Under the pieces are notes generated by a model that saw nothing but the letters and a program-made list of their open reading frames with translations, had not been told where the DNA came from and did no database searches. Shown one piece after another: positions 36,510 through 48,240 of a stretch of 64,000 nucleotides of DNA (positions are counted from its first letter, which is position 1; each line of letters begins with the position of its first letter). The stretch is taken from contig CAYGOC010000006.1 in assembly GCA_964351495.1 (NCBI GenBank), positions 19,365-83,364 on the forward strand, given 5' to 3'. The DNA is from an uncultured bacterium (GTDB taxonomy: Bacteria; Chlamydiota; Chlamydiia; Chlamydiales; SM23-39). The translations under genes and the position numbers were made by a program.

Positions 36510-36570
36510 ATATTATACCTTAAGTTTGGGTTGTAAATAGCCTACTTATAGAAGTAGGTTCACAGCTTCG

Positions 36571-37857
36571 TCAAGTCTTTTTGTTATGTTTTATAACGTG
36601 ATCCTGAGCTCTTTGTAATATAATTCTAGAAAGAGCCAACGCAAAAAACTCATTAGGGATCTTTTTCGGATCAATGCTTAAAGGACCATAAGCTTGCAAG
36701 CTTTTAATAGCCTCTTCTTCCACTTCCTTATGGGTAACAGAAATTCCCTCATCTTGAATTACCTTTCTAGAAAGGTAAAAAAGGCGGACAGCCTCTTCCG
36801 CTTGCACTTTAAAATGAGCTTCCATCTTCTCTCTTTCTTCTTTCCCCATTTTTTCTACATTCTCCCGGTTTTTAGGATTTTCTAAAAACTGCTTCTTTCT
36901 ATGGGCTTTCTCTGCTTCTATTAAAGAAGAGGGGAGATCAAAAGGGATTTTTAAAAAGAACTGATTTACCTGATCTCGAACTTCTTTCTCTTCTTTTTCT
37001 TTTTGCTTTTTCTCTAACATTTCTTTGAGCCTTTCTAGGAGCTGTTCTTTAGACTGCACACCAATCTGCTTTAGAAATTCTTCCTCTAATTGAGGTAGCT
37101 CTGCCTTTTCTATTTTTTTAACAGTAATAGCTACCTTCTTAGGCTGAAACTCTTTCTTTTCTTCCTCTGATAGCTCCGGGTCCGCCTCGCTTATTCCTTC
37201 GACAACATCTGCTGTCTTTGCTCCCAAAAGAATCTTTTTCATCCAAGAAGCCATAGAGTCCTGGGTTACTTCAAACCGGGTTCCGGAAAAAACCTCTTCT
37301 TTGGGTTCTTCTAAAGTAGAAAGGTCTAAAATAACAAAATCACCCTCTTCTATTCCTCTTTCTGTGACAGGAATCCATTTAGCATAAAAAAGAAGAAGCT
37401 GTCTTAAAGACTCATCGACTTCCTTTTTTTCAATTTTTTTCTTTTCGGGCTCTTTTATAGAGCACTCAGTAGGATCTACTTTCGGAATAGTAGGTTCGAC
37501 TTCAAACTGAAAAGAAAAAGAAGCCTTTTCTTCAGAAAAATTTTGTAACGTATATTGGATATTGGCTTTTCCGTGAAGTATAGGGAGTTTGCTCTCTTTT
37601 AAAGCCTCCTGAAAAGAGGTGTTTGCAAGCTTTTCTTTTGTTTTCTCTTCTACTTGGGGCTTGTGGGTTTTTAATATAAAGGAGGCCGGGGCTTTTCCTT
37701 TTCGAAAACCGGGGATGTTAACCTGTTTGTTGATCTCTTTTAAAGCCTCTTTCTGTGCTTTTTGGATCAAGGAAGGATAGGCCGTTACTAAAAGCTCTAC
37801 CCTGCAGTTTGGATGGTTCTTTATTTCAAATGTGATGTTCTCTTTCGTATCTGACAC
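36571..37857 (-). CDS. tig: Trigger factor
   Basis: N-terminal ribosome-binding motif PGFRKGKAP, a charged C-terminal domain, and tig-clpP-clpX synteny. Confidence 0.9.
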   Translation of the reverse strand: MSDTKENITFEIKNHPNCRVELLVTAYPSLIQKAQKEALKEINKQVNIPGFRKGKAPASFILKTHKPQVEEKTKEKLANTSFQEALKESKLPILHGKANIQYTLQNFSEEKASFSFQFEVEPTIPKVDPTECSIKEPEKKKIEKKEVDESLRQLLLFYAKWIPVTERGIEEGDFVILDLSTLEEPKEEVFSGTRFEVTQDSMASWMKKILLGAKTADVVEGISEADPELSEEEKKEFQPKKVAITVKKIEKAELPQLEEEFLKQIGVQSKEQLLERLKEMLEKKQKEKEEKEVRDQVNQFFLKIPFDLPSSLIEAEKAHRKKQFLENPKNRENVEKMGKEEREKMEAHFKVQAEEAVRLFYLSRKVIQDEGISVTHKEVEEEAIKSLQAYGPLSIDPKKIPNEFFALALSRIILQRAQDHVIKHNKKT

Positions 37858-37875
37858 AAAAATCCTCTTTGTTAT

Positions 37876-37947
37876 AGCGGGTGATGAGGTTTGAACTCAC
37901 GACCCTCACGTTGGCAACGTGATGCTCTACCGCTGAGCTACACCCGC
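37876..37947 (-). tRNA. tRNA-Gly (anticodon GCC)
   Basis: The minus strand reads GCGGGTGTAGCTCAGCGGTAGAGCATCACGTTGCCAACGTGAGGGTCGTGAGTTCAAACCTCATCACCCGCT. Acceptor stem GCGGGTG/CACCCGC, anticodon loop TTGCCAA, T-loop TTCAAAC. No CCA is encoded. Confidence 0.9.
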
Positions 37948-38237
37948 AAATTACATCAAGAGGAACAGAGTACCACGGAAAAAGTTAATATGAAAACAAA
38001 AAAAGAATTTTAAAGGGAGGTTGGATAGCAGGCAGGTGTGAAAAATTTCTCTTACTGTTAAAAATCTATTTTTTTCTACAATGGACGTTTGCGGAATCGA
38101 TAGCGCACCTATTCTTTTGTTATGGGTTTTTGAATTTTATCGGAGCTTAAAAAAACTAGTAGTTTTTTCTTGCAGGTCTAAAAAAAAAAGGGTAAACCAT
38201 TGGTATAGCACCCAACAAAATAATTTAAGCTGGTTTT

Positions 38238-41200
38238 ATGTTGAATTTTCGAAAACTTAAGCAAGATTTTTCCTCAGCAATTTTAAAAGAGGGAAAGCAG
38301 CTTCATGAAAAAGAAAAAGTAGTTCAAGCAAAAGTAATTCGCTTTGATAAAGATACCATTCGATTTAACGCTAAAATTTTAGGTAATTATGATAATACGT
38401 ATGAAAGTGAAATTGAAATAGACCGCTTCGAATCAGAAACAGTTCACTCTAACTGCGACTGTCCTTATAGATATGACTGTCAACATCTAGCCGCTTTGAT
38501 TTTTCATCTAGAAGCCAAGATAGACTCGTTAATTGTGCAGTACTCTAAAGAAAAAGATATAGCTAAAGATGGCTCTTTAGAGCCCTCTCAGAAACAGGTT
38601 CTTTTAGACACCATCAAAGAAGCAGAGAGTAAAGAAGAAAAAAAACAAGACGAACTCTATCAAAAACAACTTTTACAAGAATATGTGGCTGCTTCTTCTA
38701 CTCTTTCCAAGTCTCCTTTTTTTCTCTCGGAAGAAAAACAGATTGTTTCTAATGTAGAACTGGCTCTTATTTTTAATCCGAAGTCGATCATATCTCCTAA
38801 AAAGGGAAAGGTAGAGTATCAAATGGCTTTGAGACTTCCCTTTAGGACTAAACCTTTACAAATCACCCAAGTCAGAACTTTTTTTGAGGCGCTTCGTTTT
38901 ACTTCTGCCGTAAGTATCGGTGGAAAAAGATACTTTTTTTCTTGGGATTCCTTTGATCTTGTGGCCTCTTCTGTTTTAAAAGTTTTAATAAACAGATCGT
39001 ATTTTGTAGAAGGATCTGAAAGAGCGCAAAGAAGTGCTTTTGTAGACTGGGATGCTTTGGGTTCCCTTTTTTCTGAGACCCAAAAAATGGCAGAAAAAAA
39101 AGCACTTCCTAGAGGGTTTGACAATACGGAGGAGCTTCCTTTAATGCCTTCTCTTTACTATGGTAATCTAGAGACGCCCATAAGGTATAGCCCTAAGCCT
39201 GCAGGGCTTCGTTTTGTTTTAGAGTCAATGAACACTCCTCCTTCGAAGCTGTTTGTAAAACCAATGATCCTTTTAGATTCTCACATGATATCGGTGGAGG
39301 AAGCGGTTTTATTTGCTTGCGGGACCCCAGGTATGATCTATCAAGACACGTATTACAGTTTTTCTCCGCTGCTCCAAAGAGAACATTTAATGAACTTAGA
39401 AGTGCTTCGGGAGATGACTATACCGGAGCCTTTGTTTGGGACTTTTGTGGAAAATGCGATTCCGGAACTAAAAAAATATGGAGAGGTTACGAATTTAAGG
39501 GAGATCGAATCGGTTACCACGCTTCCTTTTGTTTCTAAATTAAAAGCAGAATGTAAGCTTACCTATTTAGATGGAGAGCTAGAAGCAGAGCTTTGGTTTT
39601 ACTACGAAAACCATTTAGTTCCTGCTTTTTCTTCTCAGCTAAAATATGAAGATATTCTCCCGTTTGTTTCAGAGAGTGGTATTTTAGCCAGAAACCTAGT
39701 GGAAGAGAATCAGATTATAGATGCTCTTTTTCAAGATTTTGTTTTCAATACGCAGCAAGGGGTTTTTGTTGCTAAGACAGAAAAGAAAATCGTAGAATTC
39801 ATGACAGAGACAGTTCCTAAGTATCAAGATATAGTTCATTTTGATTGTCCTCAGAACTTAATGGACCAGTTTATCTATGATGAGACGCAGTTTTCTCTTT
39901 CTTTGACTACCTCTTCTAAAGTGGGATACTACACGGTAAAACTCAAAGTAGAAGGAGCCTTAAAGGGTATCCGTTTAGATCTACTTTGGGATTGTATCTC
40001 TTCTAAAAGATGTTTTATTGAACTAGACTTGAGTAAAGTCAAAAAGGAAGTTGCCCGTTTTTCTAAAATTTTAGTGTTAGACTTAGAAAAAACAGCACAG
40101 ATAGCAGCCTTATTTGATGAGATTGGTATTGCTAGGCTAGATACACACGAAGAAGAAAGACCTTTGTGGAGTTTAGTTAGTATCGATGAAAAAGCGTATG
40201 AGCATCTTCCTGTAAAACTTACCTTTTCTCCCGAGTTGAAAGAGATACGAAGTCAGCTCTTAGGAGAGTCTAAAATGAGCTTTTCTGAGATCCCCAAAGA
40301 GATTCAGGCCACTTTAAGACCCTACCAAGAAGAGGGTGTGCATTGGGTGGAGAGGCTACGTCATATGTATTTAAATGGAATTCTGGCAGATGATATGGGG
40401 CTAGGTAAAACGCTTCAGGCAATCTCTGCTATTACGCAGCTTAAAAAGAAGCACCAAAAAGGAACAGCTCTAATAGTTTGTCCTACTTCTTTGTTATACA
40501 ACTGGAAAGAAGAAGTAGCCAAATTTAACCCCAACCTGCCTACTTTGGTGATAGACGGGGCTCCTTCTGTTCGAAAAAAGTTGGTTCAGTCTCTTTCTGA
40601 ATATGCCGTAGCGGTAACTTCTTATACCCTTCTTCAAAAAGATGTTGATTTATACAAGGAAGTGCATTTTTCCTATCTTATTCTAGATGAAGCGCAGCAT
40701 ATCAAAAATCGAGGAACTCGTAATGCTAAATCGGTAAAACAAATCGAGGCTACTCATAAGCTTATTTTAACGGGAACTCCCATTGAAAACTCACTCGATG
40801 AAATGTGGTCTCTTTTTGACTTTTTAATGCCCGGATTTTTAAGTTCTTATGATCGCTTTATAGATCGCTATGTAAGGGTAAATAAAGATAAGCACCCGGA
40901 AGCGATGAATTTTTTAAAAAGAAAAGTCTCTCCTTTTATCTTAAGACGTATGAAAACGGATGTATTGCACGATCTTCCTCCTGTTTCTGAAATTGTCTAC
41001 CATTGTCAGCTTTCCAATACACAGATGGAACTGTATAGATCTTATGCAGAATCCGCTAAAGATGAGCTTACTAAATTAGTAGAAAAAGAAGGGTTTGATA
41101 AGGTTCAAATCCATGTTTTGGCCACTCTTACTAGGTTAAAGCAGATTTGCTGTCATCCTGCGATTTTTGCAAAAGAAAAAGCAGAAATGGGAGATTCCAG

Positions 41201-41705
41201 TAAATATGATATGCTTTTAGAGCTTTTACAAACACTAGTGGGAGGGGGACATAAAACGGTTATCTTTAGCCAATACACCAAAATGCTTCATATTATGAAA
41301 GAAGACTTTGAACAACGAGGGATCTCTTTTTGTTATTTAGATGGGGCTTCTAAAAATCGTCTTTCTATAGTAAAAGAGTTTAACGAAAATAAAAAGATTC
41401 CTGTTTTCTTAGTTTCTTTAAAGGCGGGAGGTACAGGGCTCAATTTAGTAGGAGCAGATACAGTTATTCATTACGACATGTGGTGGAACCCCGCTGTTGA
41501 AAACCAAGCAACCGATAGGGTTCATAGAATGGGACAAACCAAATCTGTTTCTGCTTATAAGTTAGTAACCCTCAACACAATCGAAGAAAAAATTGTAGAA
41601 ATGCAAAAAAGAAAAAAAGGATTGGTCAAGAAAGTAGTGAGTTGCGATGATGAAGCAATCGCAAAACTTACTTGGGAAGATGTATTAGAACTTCTACAGA
41701 CTTGA
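38238..41705 (+). CDS. SWIM-zinc-finger SNF2-family helicase (1155 aa)
   Basis: SWIM motif [18 protein letters not shown] near the N-terminus. C-terminal SNF2 motifs [40 protein letters not shown]. Confidence 0.9.
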   Translation: MLNFRKLKQDFSSAILKEGKQLHEKEKVVQAKVIRFDKDTIRFNAKILGNYDNTYESEIEIDRFESETVHSNCDCPYRYDCQHLAALIFHLEAKIDSLIVQYSKEKDIAKDGSLEPSQKQVLLDTIKEAESKEEKKQDELYQKQLLQEYVAASSTLSKSPFFLSEEKQIVSNVELALIFNPKSIISPKKGKVEYQMALRLPFRTKPLQITQVRTFFEALRFTSAVSIGGKRYFFSWDSFDLVASSVLKVLINRSYFVEGSERAQRSAFVDWDALGSLFSETQKMAEKKALPRGFDNTEELPLMPSLYYGNLETPIRYSPKPAGLRFVLESMNTPPSKLFVKPMILLDSHMISVEEAVLFACGTPGMIYQDTYYSFSPLLQREHLMNLEVLREMTIPEPLFGTFVENAIPELKKYGEVTNLREIESVTTLPFVSKLKAECKLTYLDGELEAELWFYYENHLVPAFSSQLKYEDILPFVSESGILARNLVEENQIIDALFQDFVFNTQQGVFVAKTEKKIVEFMTETVPKYQDIVHFDCPQNLMDQFIYDETQFSLSLTTSSKVGYYTVKLKVEGALKGIRLDLLWDCISSKRCFIELDLSKVKKEVARFSKILVLDLEKTAQIAALFDEIGIARLDTHEEERPLWSLVSIDEKAYEHLPVKLTFSPELKEIRSQLLGESKMSFSEIPKEIQATLRPYQEEGVHWVERLRHMYLNGILADDMGLGKTLQAISAITQLKKKHQKGTALIVCPTSLLYNWKEEVAKFNPNLPTLVIDGAPSVRKKLVQSLSEYAVAVTSYTLLQKDVDLYKEVHFSYLILDEAQHIKNRGTRNAKSVKQIEATHKLILTGTPIENSLDEMWSLFDFLMPGFLSSYDRFIDRYVRVNKDKHPEAMNFLKRKVSPFILRRMKTDVLHDLPPVSEIVYHCQLSNTQMELYRSYAESAKDELTKLVEKEGFDKVQIHVLATLTRLKQICCHPAIFAKEKAEMGDSSKYDMLLELLQTLVGGGHKTVIFSQYTKMLHIMKEDFEQRGISFCYLDGASKNRLSIVKEFNENKKIPVFLVSLKAGGTGLNLVGADTVIHYDMWWNPAVENQATDRVHRMGQTKSVSAYKLVTLNTIEEKIVEMQKRKKGLVKKVVSCDDEAIAKLTWEDVLELLQT

Positions 41706-41718
41706 AAAGGATAAATTC

Positions 41719-42816
41719 ATGGATCCTAACACAAAAAAAAGCGTTATTCATTTTTTTAAAAACGTACAAAATCTGGCTTGGAACAAGCTAGGGAGGCTTT
41801 CTGGTTTTTTCTCCTCCGATATAGGAATAGACCTGGGAACAGCCAATACGTTGGTTTATGTAAAAGGGAAGGGAATTGTATTAGCAGAGCCCTCCGTTGT
41901 GGCTGTAGACTCCCTTACCAATGAGGTTTTAGCGGTAGGCCATAAAGCAAAGGCCATGCTGGGCAAAACCCCGAGAAAAATTCATGCCGTAAGACCCATG
42001 AAAGATGGGGTCATTGCTGACTTTGAAATAGCCGAAGGAATGCTAAAAGAGCTTATCAGAAGAGTAACCCCTTCTAGAACCTTATTTCGTCCTAAGATTT
42101 TAATAGCCGTTCCTTCTGGAATTACAGGAGTGGAAAAAAGAGCGGTGGAAGATTCTGCTTTGCATGCGGGAGCTCAAGAGGTAGTTTTAATTGAAGAGCC
42201 AATGGCAGCCGCTATTGGTGTCGATCTTCCTGTTCATGAGCCTGCTGCCAATATGATCATTGACATAGGTGGAGGTACTACTGAGATAGCTATTATCTCT
42301 TTAGGGGGTATTGTAGAGTCTAGGTCTTTGAGGATAGCCGGGGATGAGTTCGATGATTGTATCATGAACTACATGAGAAGAACCTATAACTTAATGATAG
42401 GTCCCAGGACGGCAGAAGAAATTAAAATGACCATCGGTTCTGCCTATCCTTTAGGCAACAATGAACTAGAAATGGAGGTAAGAGGAAGAGATCAAGTAGC
42501 AGGTCTTCCTATTACCAAAAGAATCAACTCAGTAGAAATACGGGAATGTTTAGCAGAGCCTATCTTGCAAATTAGTGAAAACGTAAAACTAGTCCTGGAA
42601 AAGTGTCCTCCGGAGCTGGCTGCAGACCTAGTAGAAAGGGGGATGGTTTTAGCGGGAGGTGGTGCTTTAATCAAGGGACTCGATAAGCTTTTGATTAAAG
42701 AGACAGGCCTTCCTGTTTTCGTAGCGCATAATCCTTTGCTGGCTGTTTGTCTTGGTACAGGAAAAGCGCTGCAATTTTTAGATAAGCTTAAAAAGAAAAA
42801 GGCAGGCGCTTTTTAA
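41719..42816 (+). CDS. mreB: Rod-shape-determining actin homologue MreB
   Basis: [23 protein letters not shown] and [13 protein letters not shown] motifs. Confidence 0.93.
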   Translation: MDPNTKKSVIHFFKNVQNLAWNKLGRLSGFFSSDIGIDLGTANTLVYVKGKGIVLAEPSVVAVDSLTNEVLAVGHKAKAMLGKTPRKIHAVRPMKDGVIADFEIAEGMLKELIRRVTPSRTLFRPKILIAVPSGITGVEKRAVEDSALHAGAQEVVLIEEPMAAAIGVDLPVHEPAANMIIDIGGGTTEIAIISLGGIVESRSLRIAGDEFDDCIMNYMRRTYNLMIGPRTAEEIKMTIGSAYPLGNNELEMEVRGRDQVAGLPITKRINSVEIRECLAEPILQISENVKLVLEKCPPELAADLVERGMVLAGGGALIKGLDKLLIKETGLPVFVAHNPLLAVCLGTGKALQFLDKLKKKKAGAF

Positions 42817-44651
42817 TGGGTTTTATCAACCCGCAAGATTTACCCCGCGAGATAAAAGATAAAAAGCTCTTAACATGGATACAAGGGCTTCATGCTCATC
42901 TACAACCAAAAGATCTTTTTTTATGTGAGGGGTCTAAATCAGAATTTGATCAGATAGCCTCTCAGCTTGTACAAGAACAAAAACTGATCCCCTTAAATCC
43001 GAAAAAAAAACCAAACAGTTTTTTAGCTCTTTCCGATCCGGCTGATGTGGCCAGAGTAGAGGAAAATACCTATATATGTTCTCTTAACAAAAAAGATGCA
43101 GGTCCTACCAATAACTGGGCAGACCCAAACTTGATGCATAAGAAACTAGAGGGGTTTTTCGAAGGATGTATGGAGGGTAGGACTCTGTATATCATCCCTT
43201 TTTGTATGGGGCCTTTTCATTCGGATAAGTCGTATGTGGGAGTGCAACTTAGCGATTCCGGATATGTGGTTTTAAATATGCATATTATGACCCGCATGGG
43301 GAAAAAAGCTTTAGAAGAATTGGAAAGAAAAAAAAGGTTTATTCCCTGTCTTCATTCTGTGGGGGTTCCTTTGAAAAAGGGGCAAAAAGATTCTTCTTGG
43401 CCTTGTAATATCCCTAAAAGGCATATTGTCCACTTCCCGGAAGAAAAAACCATCTACTCCTTTGGAAGTGGTTATGGAGGCAATGCTCTTTTAGGAAAGA
43501 AGTGTTTTGCTCTTAGAATAGCTTCTGTTTTAGCTAAAGAAGAAAACTGGCTTGCAGAGCATATGTTAATCATGGGGCTTACCAGTCCTTGGGGAGAAAA
43601 AAAATATATAGCAGCCTCTTTTCCTTCTGCTTGTGGAAAAACCAACCTAGCAATGCTTTCTTCCTCTCTTCCCGGCTGGAAAATAGAGTGTGTGGGAGAT
43701 GATATCGCTTGGATGAAGATAGGAGAAGATGGAAGGCTTTGGGCTATTAATCCGGAAGCAGGAATGTTTGGGGTGGCTCCCGGAACTTCTGAAAACACGA
43801 ATCCTAATGCGTTAAAGACCCTGCAAAAAAACGCTATTTTTACCAATGTGGCTCTTACAGAAGATAAAGATGTATGGTGGGAAGGATTATCACAGCCGCC
43901 TGAGAAGCTGCTAGATTGGAAAAAACAAAAATGGATCAAGGGTAGCTCTGAAAAAGCAGCTCATCCTAATGCTAGATTTACGGCTCCTTTGAGTCAGTGT
44001 CCTATCAAAGATAAAGCTTATGAGGATCCAAAAGGGGTTCCTATTGCAGCAATTTTATTCGGGGGAAGAAGATCAGATACCCTTCCTCTTGTGATACAAG
44101 CTTTTGATTGGGAGCATGGCGTTTTTTTAGGAGCAAGTCTCTCTTCTGAAAGGACTGCGGCAGCCAAAGGAGAGGTGGGGACTTTAAGACACGATCCTTT
44201 TTCTATGCTCCCTTTTTGTGGCTACAATATGGGAGAGTATTTTGCCCATTGGCTTAAAATGGGAACCTTACTACAAAAGGAGAAAAGGCCTGCAATTTTT
44301 TATGTAAACTGGTTTCAAAAGGGGGAGGATGGCTCTTTTTTATGGCCCGGCTTTAAAGAAAATATACGCGTTCTTCAGTGGATTTTTGAAAGGCTTGAGT
44401 CAAAAAAAGAAGCGCTTTCTACTCCGATTGGTCTTGTTCCGAAACAAGAGGATCTCAATTTACAGGGGCTATCTCTTTCTAAGGAAGCTTTGCAGAAGCT
44501 GTTTTATATAGATCCTCTTCTTTGGGGAAAAGAGGTGCAAAACCTAGAAGAATACTTTATTTTATTTAAAGAAAGCTTCCCCAAAGAACTACAAAAACAG
44601 CTGGAAGATTTGAAAAAAAGAATCGATGAGAGTTTTAATACAAAGAGTTAA
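42816..44651 (+). CDS. pckA: Phosphoenolpyruvate carboxykinase (GTP-type)
   Basis: GTP-PEPCK signatures FPSACGKTN, GDDIAWM, FGVAPGT and FGGRR. Confidence 0.93.
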   Translation: MGFINPQDLPREIKDKKLLTWIQGLHAHLQPKDLFLCEGSKSEFDQIASQLVQEQKLIPLNPKKKPNSFLALSDPADVARVEENTYICSLNKKDAGPTNNWADPNLMHKKLEGFFEGCMEGRTLYIIPFCMGPFHSDKSYVGVQLSDSGYVVLNMHIMTRMGKKALEELERKKRFIPCLHSVGVPLKKGQKDSSWPCNIPKRHIVHFPEEKTIYSFGSGYGGNALLGKKCFALRIASVLAKEENWLAEHMLIMGLTSPWGEKKYIAASFPSACGKTNLAMLSSSLPGWKIECVGDDIAWMKIGEDGRLWAINPEAGMFGVAPGTSENTNPNALKTLQKNAIFTNVALTEDKDVWWEGLSQPPEKLLDWKKQKWIKGSSEKAAHPNARFTAPLSQCPIKDKAYEDPKGVPIAAILFGGRRSDTLPLVIQAFDWEHGVFLGASLSSERTAAAKGEVGTLRHDPFSMLPFCGYNMGEYFAHWLKMGTLLQKEKRPAIFYVNWFQKGEDGSFLWPGFKENIRVLQWIFERLESKKEALSTPIGLVPKQEDLNLQGLSLSKEALQKLFYIDPLLWGKEVQNLEEYFILFKESFPKELQKQLEDLKKRIDESFNTKS

Positions 44652-45075
44652 AAAAGCCAAAGTAGTAGTAGAAAAAAAAACCGTTTCCTCTATTTCTCAA
44701 GGGATGCTTCTTTTTTTGGGGATTTTTGTAGAAGATACAAAAAGCCTTATAAAACCGTTTGTAGAAAAGATCCTTTCTTTACGTCTATTTCAAGAAGAAG
44801 GAAAAACAAACCTCTCTTTAGAGGATATTGAAGGAGAGATATTAATCGTTCCCCAGTTTACCCTTTATGCAGACTGCAAAAAGGGAAGAAGGCCCTCTTT
44901 TCAAAAGGCTGCTCCTCCTGCTTTGGCAAAAGAGCTTTATGAAGCATTTATTAAAGAAGTAAGAAAAAAAATCGAAGTACAAGAAGGGTCCTTTCAAAAA
45001 GAGATGGAAATAGAGTTAATTAATGAAGGTCCTTTTACCCTATTTTTAGATACAAAAGAGCTTTTTGGAAAATAA
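44626..45075 (+). CDS. dtd: D-aminoacyl-tRNA deacylase
   Basis: MRVLIQRV start, SQFTLYAD-like PQFTLYADCKKGRRPSF, and a GPFT-containing C-terminus (NEGPFTLFLD). Overlaps the pckA 3' end by 26 nt. Confidence 0.88.
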   Translation: MRVLIQRVKKAKVVVEKKTVSSISQGMLLFLGIFVEDTKSLIKPFVEKILSLRLFQEEGKTNLSLEDIEGEILIVPQFTLYADCKKGRRPSFQKAAPPALAKELYEAFIKEVRKKIEVQEGSFQKEMEIELINEGPFTLFLDTKELFGK

Positions 45076-45156
45076 ACAAGGCCTTTAATTTAGAAAAATA
45101 TACAAAAAAGAGAAATGTAGATAGCCTCTTCTATAAAATTTTTTTGTAGAGTATAA

Positions 45157-47073
45157 ATGAGTATCGAACTTCCCTCTTTATCTGTAGATCCTTATGCGTT
45201 TTCTATTTCGGTGGTTTCTAAAAACCCAAATATACGGGGTTTACAGAGATCTTCTCTTTCTGTTCATCTCGCAAACGTAGTGCTGAATTCCGGCTCTTAT
45301 TATGTAGCGATGCTTCGGTATAATGGGAGCTTTATTGAGCCAATAACCGACTTCAAGAATAATCAACAAGAGACCTTGCAAGAAGCTTCTTATTTTTGTA
45401 ATAAATACAGAATTCGTTTTGCTATTTCTAGAACTTATAGAACTTATGATTTGACAAAAGCCTTATTTGTAGCTTTAGAAACAATAGAAGAAAAAGAGCT
45501 TTTTTTCCTCGTCCTGAAAACAGATGCGGTTTTTTCTGTTGTTGGAAAGATTATAGAAGAAGATAAGGAAGAAAGTATTGGTACAGATTATGGATCTGTT
45601 GTAACACAAGGGGCTTTTTTAGCAGAAAAGGTAGGGCTGTTCTTTTTTGGAAATACCGTTTTTCCAAAAAAGGATTTTCATATCAAAAGCACTATTTTTT
45701 ATTCTATTTCTTTTGCAAAAAAGGAGCTTTCTCTTTCTAAAACAGGAATTTCTCTTGGCATGTTTTTTAGAGAAGAGGGTTTTTTTGTTTTGGCTGCCTT
45801 TATAAAAAGGGCTGTATATGCGGTTTTAGTAGTAGCTAGAAGAAAAGAGACTATAGAAAACCAAGCAACAAGGCTTACAGCGATTTTCCCAGTACGATAT
45901 GCCCGAGTTTCCCAAGATTCTTATGCAAGCTATAAACCTATTGTGGTTTTAGCAGAGAATAATGAGGAGAGAGGATTTTTAGTGCTAACCGGAAGAGAAG
46001 CGCTCTTTTTGGAAAGAAAAAATCCCTCAACAGAAGAGCTGACAAACATGGGGGAAAAAATACAGGCTTTGCCTTCTTTTCCGGGGTTTGTCTCTGTTAT
46101 AGAAGAAATCGTCCCTATCAAGGATGCAGTTCCAAAAGATCTATCTATTTCTTTTGAGCCTTTTGAAAAGCGTTATAACGCAGTCCATATAGATTCTTTG
46201 GGGAAGATGAAAACATATCCGGTAAAAGAGCCTTTTTTTCTTTTAAGTAAGGAAGAAAAAATTGCAAGTAAGGACAATCTTTTCTATGCGCTCTTGCATG
46301 AAAAAGGAATGATTCTATTTCAAACAAAGGTTCTTTTCCCTGAGCTACAGAAAGGGTGTTATTTAGATTTTTCTCAGATAGAAAAGAAAGCTCCCATTCT
46401 TTCTTCTTTAGAGGAGTTATCCTTAAGTACAGAAGGACTCTGTGTTGCTTTTATAGATCAGAGAGGAAATATATTTCCCCTCGCTAACTTCCTTCTTTTT
46501 TCGGTTCAAAAAGAGGGGCGTTTTTTCGGTATTATCGTTACTCCTACAGGAGTAACGAAAGACGTTCTCGAAGAAGACTTTCCTCAAGCTTTGCAAGAAG
46601 CAGAAGAAAACAATTGGGATATTCCTGATTATACATTACAAGTGGATGAGGGAGTTGCTTTCAGAAAAAGACCTTCTTCAGAGTCTATTATAAGTGTAGT
46701 GAAGCTTCCTGCAGAAAGAGGGGAGACGGTATTTGCTCCTGCTCTTTTCTCCGAAAAAAATAAAGAAGGAAGAAGAGTGTGTATACAGATATATCCCCCT
46801 CATAAGCCGACTGTACAAGAAGCGGTTCACATAGCGAAAACAATTTCTACTGTTTGGGGCGTTCGATATAAGCGAAAAAAAAAAGGGGAGCCTCGTTCTA
46901 TAAAGCCTCCTTTTGTATTTATAGAGAAAGAAGAGAAAGGGTTTATGCCCGTTTTGGCGTCTAAAAATAGAAGGGGACCTATTTGCATGAGACCGATGAT
47001 TAAAAAAGAAAAAGCGATACAAGAAGGCAAACGGTTTGCTTTGAATACCAAGATGGGTTTTTTACAGAGCTAA
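45157..47073 (+). CDS. Hypothetical protein, 638 aa, internally repetitive
   Basis: Recurrent short motif E[EKR]GF..VL (EEGFFVL, ERGFLVL, EKGFMPVL; related EKGMILF, KEGRFFGII). No recognised domain. Confidence 0.5.
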   Translation: MSIELPSLSVDPYAFSISVVSKNPNIRGLQRSSLSVHLANVVLNSGSYYVAMLRYNGSFIEPITDFKNNQQETLQEASYFCNKYRIRFAISRTYRTYDLTKALFVALETIEEKELFFLVLKTDAVFSVVGKIIEEDKEESIGTDYGSVVTQGAFLAEKVGLFFFGNTVFPKKDFHIKSTIFYSISFAKKELSLSKTGISLGMFFREEGFFVLAAFIKRAVYAVLVVARRKETIENQATRLTAIFPVRYARVSQDSYASYKPIVVLAENNEERGFLVLTGREALFLERKNPSTEELTNMGEKIQALPSFPGFVSVIEEIVPIKDAVPKDLSISFEPFEKRYNAVHIDSLGKMKTYPVKEPFFLLSKEEKIASKDNLFYALLHEKGMILFQTKVLFPELQKGCYLDFSQIEKKAPILSSLEELSLSTEGLCVAFIDQRGNIFPLANFLLFSVQKEGRFFGIIVTPTGVTKDVLEEDFPQALQEAEENNWDIPDYTLQVDEGVAFRKRPSSESIISVVKLPAERGETVFAPALFSEKNKEGRRVCIQIYPPHKPTVQEAVHIAKTISTVWGVRYKRKKKGEPRSIKPPFVFIEKEEKGFMPVLASKNRRGPICMRPMIKKEKAIQEGKRFALNTKMGFLQS

Positions 47074-47140
47074 AGATCTATTAAAAAAAATCTTTTATAA
47101 ATTTCCTGTTAGAAGTAAAATCTCCCCATTTTTATGAAAT

Positions 47141-47761
47141 TTGGAGAGTAAAATGTCATCGTTATCTTTGTCCTCAGTGTCTTGTTCTTCTCGTTTTTCC
47201 CATGTTAGAGAGCCTCTTATATTTGAACGTATTTCTTTTGTGAAGGGTAAGTACTGGACAGTAGGCCTTTTCATAGGAAAAGGAAAAGAAAAAAACTTGA
47301 TAGAGATAGTCTTTAGACCGGTTATGACTCAAGCTTATTTTATATCGAAGTTTTGGAGTAAAGAAGGGGAAGGGTTTTCTAGTCAAGAAAAAGAGCTACA
47401 GAGGTGTGGTTACGATCTAGAAGGAATGACTATTTCTAAAAATTACATGACCCTTGAATTTCCCTTTATAACTGTTGTTCCAAAAGAAAAAACAACTGTT
47501 GTTCCAAAAGAAAAAGGAACTGTTTCTCTAAAAGAAAAAGGATTTTGTCCTGTCTTGCTTTATTCAAAGAAAAAAGAAGAGAAAACTTGGTTTAGAAAAA
47601 AAGAGGATGCTACTAAAGAGGCTATCAGAATTCACTCCGAAAGACTAAAATCTATAACCCCCCCCCTATTAAGGGCAGGGGTTGCATATCTATTTTCTTT
47701 AGATGGCATTTTAGCAGAAGAGCCTCAAAGAGACTCTTCTATGCAAGATTTACCTAGATAA
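47141..47761 (+). CDS. Hypothetical protein, 206 aa, sharing the EKGFxPVL motif with the upstream ORF
   Basis: Contains [17 protein letters not shown] and the tandem peptide [24 protein letters not shown]. Its 3' end overlaps ndk by 12 nt (convergent). Confidence 0.45.
   Translation: MESKMSSLSLSSVSCSSRFSHVREPLIFERISFVKGKYWTVGLFIGKGKEKNLIEIVFRPVMTQAYFISKFWSKEGEGFSSQEKELQRCGYDLEGMTISKNYMTLEFPFITVVPKEKTTVVPKEKGTVSLKEKGFCPVLLYSKKKEEKTWFRKKEDATKEAIRIHSERLKSITPPLLRAGVAYLFSLDGILAEEPQRDSSMQDLPR
47471..47542 (+). repeat. 3 x 24-nt in-frame tandem repeat
   Basis: ACTGTTGTTCCAAAAGAAAAAACA / ACTGTTGTTCCAAAAGAAAAAGGA / ACTGTTTCTCTAAAAGAAAAAGGA. Confidence 0.85.
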
Positions 47762-48169
47762 AATAGCTTCTTTTTTAAAGAAAAACGCAATTTCTCCCTT
47801 TGCAGTTTCCGGGCCATCTGAGCCATGAACCGCGTTATAGTCAATGCTGGTCCCATAAAGGGCTCTTAAGGTGTCCGGTTTGGCTTTTTTAGGATCGGTT
47901 GCTCCCATAATTTCTCGGTTTTTTTCAATCGCATTATCTCCCTCTAATACCATGACTAAAATAGGGCCTGAGCACATAAACTGAACGAGATCTTCAAAAA
48001 AGGGTTTTTCACTATGAACTGAATAAAAAGCTTTTGCTTCTTGTTCGTTTAAGTGAACCATTTTAGCTCCCACTACTTTTAAACGTTCTTTTTCAAAGCG
48101 AGAGATGATCTCTCCTATTTTGTTTTTAGATACAGCATCCGGTTTGATGATAGAAAGTGTTTGTTCCAT
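47750..48169 (-). CDS. ndk: Nucleoside diphosphate kinase
   Basis: [13 protein letters not shown] and active-site NAVHGSD. Confidence 0.95.
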   Translation of the reverse strand: MEQTLSIIKPDAVSKNKIGEIISRFEKERLKVVGAKMVHLNEQEAKAFYSVHSEKPFFEDLVQFMCSGPILVMVLEGDNAIEKNREIMGATDPKKAKPDTLRALYGTSIDYNAVHGSDGPETAKGEIAFFFKKEAILSR

Positions 48170-48240
48170 TGTTTGCTCCCCATAAATCTATTGTAAGGCT
48201 ATTATAGGAAAGAAGCGGTATTAAATCTTGTAAAAATCGT

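Noticed and set aside
46875-46884. Homopolymer tracts (A10 at 46875-46884 in the 638-aa ORF, T10 at 17838-17847 in sctO, A10 at 38180-38189 in an intergenic region) as possible phase-variation switches.
   Set aside because: Lys-rich (AAA/AAG) coding in a very AT-rich genome generates such tracts frequently. They are not positioned at the 5' ends of surface-protein genes, and I have no population data. They are noted only as a caveat for sequencing-error-induced frameshifts.
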